Shown here piece by piece: positions 60,501-64,000 of a DNA stretch of 64,000 nucleotides; position 1 is the stretch's first letter, and each line of letters starts with the position of its first letter. The notes under the pieces were generated by a model. That model had not been told where the DNA came from, searched no databases, and worked only from the letters and a program-made list of their open reading frames with translations. The DNA is from Mobilisporobacter sp. (lineage in GTDB: Bacteria > Bacillota > Clostridia > Lachnospirales > Lachnospiraceae): positions 4,690 to 68,689 of the forward strand of contig JAVBPB010000003.1 of assembly GCA_031549965.1 (NCBI GenBank), given 5' to 3'. The position numbers and the translations under genes are program-made.

Positions 60501-61616
60501 AGTATTTATCGACCTGCGTTTAGAAAGGAAGATGTGGTCGATTCAGTTTTGCCAGAATGTTTATTACTTTCTAGTCAAAATCATTGGTACTCTGAAATAG
60601 AACTAGAATCCATGTCGTATAGAATTTATAGCTTGCTTAAGATTATGACTGAAACTACTGATAAAGGGTCATGTATGGCATATTTTAAGTATGTTTTAGA
60701 GGCTTGTTTACCCCAATCTAGTATTTTGGATGATTTGTATGATGAAGCACCTTATAATCCGCTCCCCAAAAATAATATAAAAGAAAATACCCGAAATTGC
60801 GATTTTAAACAAATAGATAAGGAAAGCATTACTGATTATTATGAATGTAAAATTTCGGAAGCGCCTTACTATAATTTAGGCTTTTGGAAAGAACTAATTA
60901 GTATAGAGAAAGCTTTCGATGATGATCTTCATTCTCTATTTTCTGTTCTTCAAGAAAACCACTACCCAGAACCATACGGCGGAAAAATAAATGAGTATTT
61001 TCCAATTATAACGGCGGCATTGCTATCTGATACTCACTTGTCTGACATAAGTACTAGATTTATTTTAAAACAAGGAGGGCGTTCAGGATTAATTAACATG
61101 ATAAAAAGCTTTTCTTTAATGGGCGATTCTGAAAATGCCAGTCTTTATATAAATCAAATTTTCAAATTGACAGAAGCACTGGTATTCCAAAACGAAACAA
61201 TATATAATTCTCAACAATATAAGTATTCTATATCTTCTGAAACATTGGACTTAGTATTTAACAGTAAAAAAGACGACTGGATTACACATGAATCAGAGCA
61301 GAAAAAAACTCATAAAAATAACCCTCGCGTCAAAATAATTAAAGATGATATAGGTGAACTTGAGGGGTTTCATGAAAAATGGGCAATCGAACATATAAAT
61401 CCTGAGGCTTATAAAGTAAATATAGGCATTTATCATGATGACAATTTATTAATGACTTTGATACTAATATACGTTGATGGATATAGAGCATTGCTTCCGA
61501 TTCCTATGAATGGAAGTAGTGTTATTCAGAGAAAAATGTATAATTTTGCGTTGTTGTTTAATGATGAAAAAACTTTAAACTCATATATTAGAGCATCTAA
61601 ATTGCTAGTAGATTAA
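57516..61616 (+). CDS. STAND/NACHT-type P-loop NTPase with N-terminal Mrr-like PD-(D/E)xK nuclease domain and about 1070-aa C-terminal helical region (NLR-like; candidate antiphage sensor)
   Basis: ATG at 57516 is 8 nt after GGAGG. N-terminus EDAFETMCRHLF...QTGLETQP...WYGFQCKF...IYIYTNADI (Mrr-like D/E...QxK). Walker A GNAGTGKT (58158-58181). NACHT-type Walker B LIYFFDGLDE (58371-58400). No repeats recognised in the remainder. Confidence 0.75.
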   Translation: MFDVKWDTFSIKNKNKEDAFETMCRHLFFRKFSIDGYGFQSNYNQTGLETQPIKFNNEWYGFQCKFSSSNNNDALYKEVYTSLNKAYKCFPNSINHIYIYTNADIQPICTDDEIKNAKKISNRMNIQIEAKKYNVELHWIKTENFNSILNEHSNLDIYKLYFSSQNELAFLDDSISLQDRTFLNSSTFLDLHINGKSFNGTIDEIFKNKLSLIIGNAGTGKTELLKKLYVYSSDRFLDTYKNVSVDIGVLPIFLRLRECVHGDVEGLLKQRLIDYKINIIDCTYELIYFFDGLDEISNADIDKVISFVNYLSQKRNTRSVLISSRKSTPNLQYLHTLIEVAHYEIDKLNIDFIDLYFSNRNDGTKLDFYQSIKSEVEYLLSEIDDIFSVNLLWQTIESLDANTTKIELIQNYVNKLMYTSHSIKLLPLPEIKSDKIEDICSEVAFFMQETNRLNIDLSELQNISFELFKKLSYTDIDKVILCISGMFFDITNKKSQRIYSFKHRRYQEYFLYKKISSLFFENPFIIRELGLLPNKDFVLRIFLKQSLKDALSKGEMIKVLSLRFFEAYLGSDYWYDYKDSLIGVRSDYGVGDESYLSSNEILITLAIRPLEELCLLLENEAFSLKNFLSEDNYWNFVKEYYRFNKCDVRQTLLKYYKLDSDVIKKSINKAPCEYWYCVCQLDKYDPKDILEDTIKKLQFDKLNFDFIAFSKENLSIASGYFKMLLDINYNLIPDIIDMISVELLEIFSFDILRNGNIRYLFDESPLNKSIHEKLILRIDTNPDVDYQVNTLALYAILSKKIIRQELLEARFSKVNKNHHITWEQNIELNCHIVNLLGVDQNLYSIDCLLGCEIRKIVLELYPQNKDKVLDSIIDAVKKYNLLYENWFLVDNSKLIGAIVAQLSFNDNLLKEFVSKLYNYQSVISLTIVLEYILVNNQELFLLLVNENLLKKLNIEAIKQLGYYEYNSDTDFIFSTMFSKINKAESYKCLIRGINNSIYRPAFRKEDVVDSVLPECLLLSSQNHWYSEIELESMSYRIYSLLKIMTETTDKGSCMAYFKYVLEACLPQSSILDDLYDEAPYNPLPKNNIKENTRNCDFKQIDKESITDYYECKISEAPYYNLGFWKELISIEKAFDDDLHSLFSVLQENHYPEPYGGKINEYFPIITAALLSDTHLSDISTRFILKQGGRSGLINMIKSFSLMGDSENASLYINQIFKLTEALVFQNETIYNSQQYKYSISSETLDLVFNSKKDDWITHESEQKKTHKNNPRVKIIKDDIGELEGFHEKWAIEHINPEAYKVNIGIYHDDNLLMTLILIYVDGYRALLPIPMNGSSVIQRKMYNFALLFNDEKTLNSYIRASKLLVD

Positions 61617-61695
61617 ATGTTCCTTCAGATATAGAAGATTATTTAAGGGCTATCAATAAATTTTGCGGAAATAATAATCCTTTTTAGAATTATAG

Positions 61696-61736
61696 GTCTA
61701 TCAGAAGCCAAAGGTGACTTTTGATAGACTTGTTTA
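61696..61736 (+). terminator. Terminator-like hairpin after the STAND gene
   Basis: GTCTATCAGAAG / CTTTTGATAGAC (one G:U pair), 10-nt loop, followed by TTGTTTAATAATT. Confidence 0.55.
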
Positions 61737-61785
61737 ATAATTAATAAAAAGTTGAATAATTTTTTAGTGTGTGCTTGACATACGG

Positions 61786-62997
61786 GTGTCTTAATCCATG
61801 AAAAGTTAATTTTGGTAAATTATTTTGTTTTATAAAATCAGTAAACCATTGATAGGGTCTTGATGGTGACATAGGTTCACCTGATTCATGCCTAAAAACA
61901 TAAATACTTTCTATAAAAGAATCTCCTAATTTTTCTTTACATTCATCAAGATACAGTTTATATTCTTTTAAAATATTAATAACAGTTGGTGATAAGGTAA
62001 TGGTTCTAAGCCCATTTTCTGTTTTAGGCTCATTAACAATAATACTACCATACTCCTTAGCAACACGCTGACGTTGTTGTGTTACTTGTAATGTCCCATT
62101 TTCTAAATTAATGTGATTGTTTTCTAGACCTGCAATTTCACTAATTCGTAGACCAGAGTCTATAGTAAGGTAAATAATTGTTTTGTATTTTTTTGGTGCA
62201 GTTTCAAGAGCTTTAAACAAATTATTTAATTGAATTTCATCATAGTACATTGGCTTTGTCTTTTTTACTTTTGGGACTCTAACACGTTCAGCAGGATTGC
62301 TTAAAATTAAATTATTTCTTTTAGCTTCTGATAGAATTGTTGAAATTATATCATGATGATGTTTAATTGTTTTGTCAGAAAGTTTTTCTTGTCTATGCTC
62401 TAAAATAAATGATTTGCTTAATGATAATTCAAAGTGCTCACATATTTTTGTAGCTGTTTTTAAATCTGTTCGTTCCCCATTTCTAATTCTTATAAATGTT
62501 TTAGATGTTATACCAATTTCAGAATTGGATTTTGATGTTTTAACACCTTTTAATAAATTAATAACAATTTCGTTTGGTTTGTAGTAATTATCTAATCTCG
62601 CTCCTTCCTCAGAAAGATAATTGTAAAAGCCCTCTAAATGATGTGGCTGAATTTGAGATAGTTTTAAATGTCCAATTTCTGGAATGATTCTTTCTTTTAA
62701 TCTCACTTCATAATTGGGAAGAGTTGATTTTGCAAGTTGCTTTTTAGCATAATCATTGAACCACTTAAGAGCAAATTCTCTGAAAGTTATATTTTCACCA
62801 TCTAAGTATGTGCCTTTTTGTACTTCTTCTTCAAAAATTATTTTTTGACGTTCCAATTCTTTTTGAAGCTGTTTTTGAGTCAATTTGATATCAATTTTAA
62901 TTGTTTTCTTCTTATATTTTTTACGTCCTTTTTCATCATAACCACAACTTACAGTTAGACGGTAAGTATCATTACAACGTTTTTCAATACTTGCCAT
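61786..62997 (-). pseudogene. Tyrosine integrase lacking its C-terminal catalytic end (truncated right after box II HGLRH)
   Basis: Arm-binding-type N-terminus (MASIEKRCNDTYRLTVSCGYDEKGRKKYKK...), core-binding and catalytic Arg region (...DSGLRISEI...). Homology ends at ...LTFHGLRH, followed by 14 unrelated codons (PYVKHTLKNYSTFY) and a stop at 61741. No LGH...Y is present. Confidence 0.75.
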
Positions 62998-63074
62998 TAT
63001 TATATGCTCCTTTCTTAAATTAAAGTATAAAGGTCAATAACCTAGCGGTAGTTTACGAGTTATGAAGTAAAAGT

Positions 63075-63107
63075 GCTGCAAATCCGCTTGTACAGCGGAT
63101 TTGCAGC
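63075..63107. repeat. GC-rich perfect 13-bp inverted repeat just 3' of the transposase stop (IS-internal terminator or terminal structure)
   Basis: GCTGCAAATCCGC-TTGTACA-GCGGATTTGCAGC. Confidence 0.7.
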
Positions 63108-63122
63108 AGCTACTAAAACTAC

Positions 63123-64000
63123 CTAACTCTTTTTTTCATACATTTTTAGCCCTAACGCATCCATCAGATTTTCGGTTTGTTCACAGGGCATAGATACGGA
63201 ATATCCTTCTTTCAGCTTACGCTTCTGTTGATAATAGTGTACATATTGCTTTTTCTTTCCAAGTGTTTCAAGCATATCATTTATTCCGATCTGTATTCCT
63301 TGAGCGGCTAATTCTTTTTTCAATAGATAACATAAGCGAACTGCCATTACGCAACAGAATAGATGTACCCGAATTTTCTGATCTGTCCAACAAAAAAGTG
63401 GACGAACTGTCAGATAATCTGCATCCTTCATTTGCCGGAAGGTGTGTTCAAGCCTCCAGGCACTACGATATGCTTTGATAATCTCTTCACTTTCCCATTC
63501 CGACTGGTCTGTAAAAAGCACTGTCTTTCCCAACTCATGTTCTTTGAGCCAGTCCAATTCCTCTTTGTTGTATCTCCATTCCAGTACTGGAATACCATCT
63601 TCTCCGTCCCTTACTTCATAATGAAATAGAGTTTTTATATATTCAATAGACAAAATTTTGTCCATATTTTTCTTAATACTTTCTACGGTAGGCTTCTTTC
63701 CGCCTTTGACCTGACTACTACGGCGTTTTTCTAACCGTTCTTCTAAATCTCTGATCTTTTCTATGCACTGAGTTTCGTTTTTGACGATTCCCTGCAACTG
63801 CCCATCTAAGAGAGCAGGATTTCTTGTTGAAATAATCGTATGTTCTTTCCCATACACTTCTCCTTTGGTACGATAGTACGTCATTCCAGACAACTCTTTT
63901 GAACGAGCTTCTTGATACTGAGAGTCGGGTACTTCAAAGAGTTCTTTACACTGATTTTTCTTTAAGCCACCTACATAACAGAACGTATTTTCTGTTTCTG
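63123..64000 (-). mobile_element. IS4-superfamily (IS1634-like) transposase, C-terminal part; the ORF runs off the window end
   Basis: The minus-strand frame is open from 64000 to the stop at 63123. ...TVLFTDQSEWESEEIIKAYRSAWRLEHTFRQMKDADYLTVRPLFCWTDQKIRVHLFCCVMA... shows the YREK-type region of DDE transposases. Visibly more GC-rich than its surroundings. Confidence 0.7.

Noticed and set aside
57000-63122. attR, meaning a direct repeat of the ssrA 3' end that would delimit the islet.
   Set aside because: Visual scanning found no copy of GGTTCGATTCCCC... or of the terminator-proximal sequence. The only similarity is the weak TTTTGGGT(A/T) motif, which could be chance in AT-rich DNA.

Overview
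AT-rich chromosomal segment from an endospore-forming Firmicute (Clostridia-like). Almost everything is on the + strand. The backbone is the conserved Bacillus/Clostridium housekeeping and sporulation block: tail of a pseudopilin cluster, hydF, aroQ, yqhT-like M24 peptidase, efp, spoIIIAA-AH, asp23-family gene, nusB, xseA-xseB, ispA, dxs, tlyA, nadK, argR, recN, spoIVB, spo0A. This is followed by glgA, a cotF-like pair, a Na/Pi transporter, gap-pgk-tpiA-gpmI, secG, rnr, smpB and ssrA (tmRNA). Lineage-specific insertions interrupt this backbone. (1) A RelE-type toxin islet with a decayed HTH gene lies between efp and spoIIIAA. (2) A 1240-aa Big_2 protein lies between argR and recN, and a PPC+Big_2 protein lies after spo0A. 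(3) About 9.4 kb lies between smpB and ssrA; it holds a eukaryote/archaeal-type hisS, a long-range inverted-repeat element, a PadR-HAAS/DUF4097 pair and four tandem collagen-like/C1q-like genes. (4) Directly 3' of ssrA is a decayed integrative islet, in which two complementary tyrosine-integrase fragments flank a 1366-aa Mrr-like nuclease + NACHT NTPase + large C-terminal region gene, followed by an IS transposase. Two leads stand out. The first is the NLR-like single-gene candidate defence protein at 57.5-61.6 kb. The second is the collagen-like cluster: genes 2-4 each encode exactly 111 uninterrupted Gly-X-Y triplets before a C1q/BclA-like head, which suggests a register-matched heterotrimer, while gene 1 has 78 triplets carrying 10 cysteines. 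All functional calls rest on motif recognition by eye. No database search was possible.
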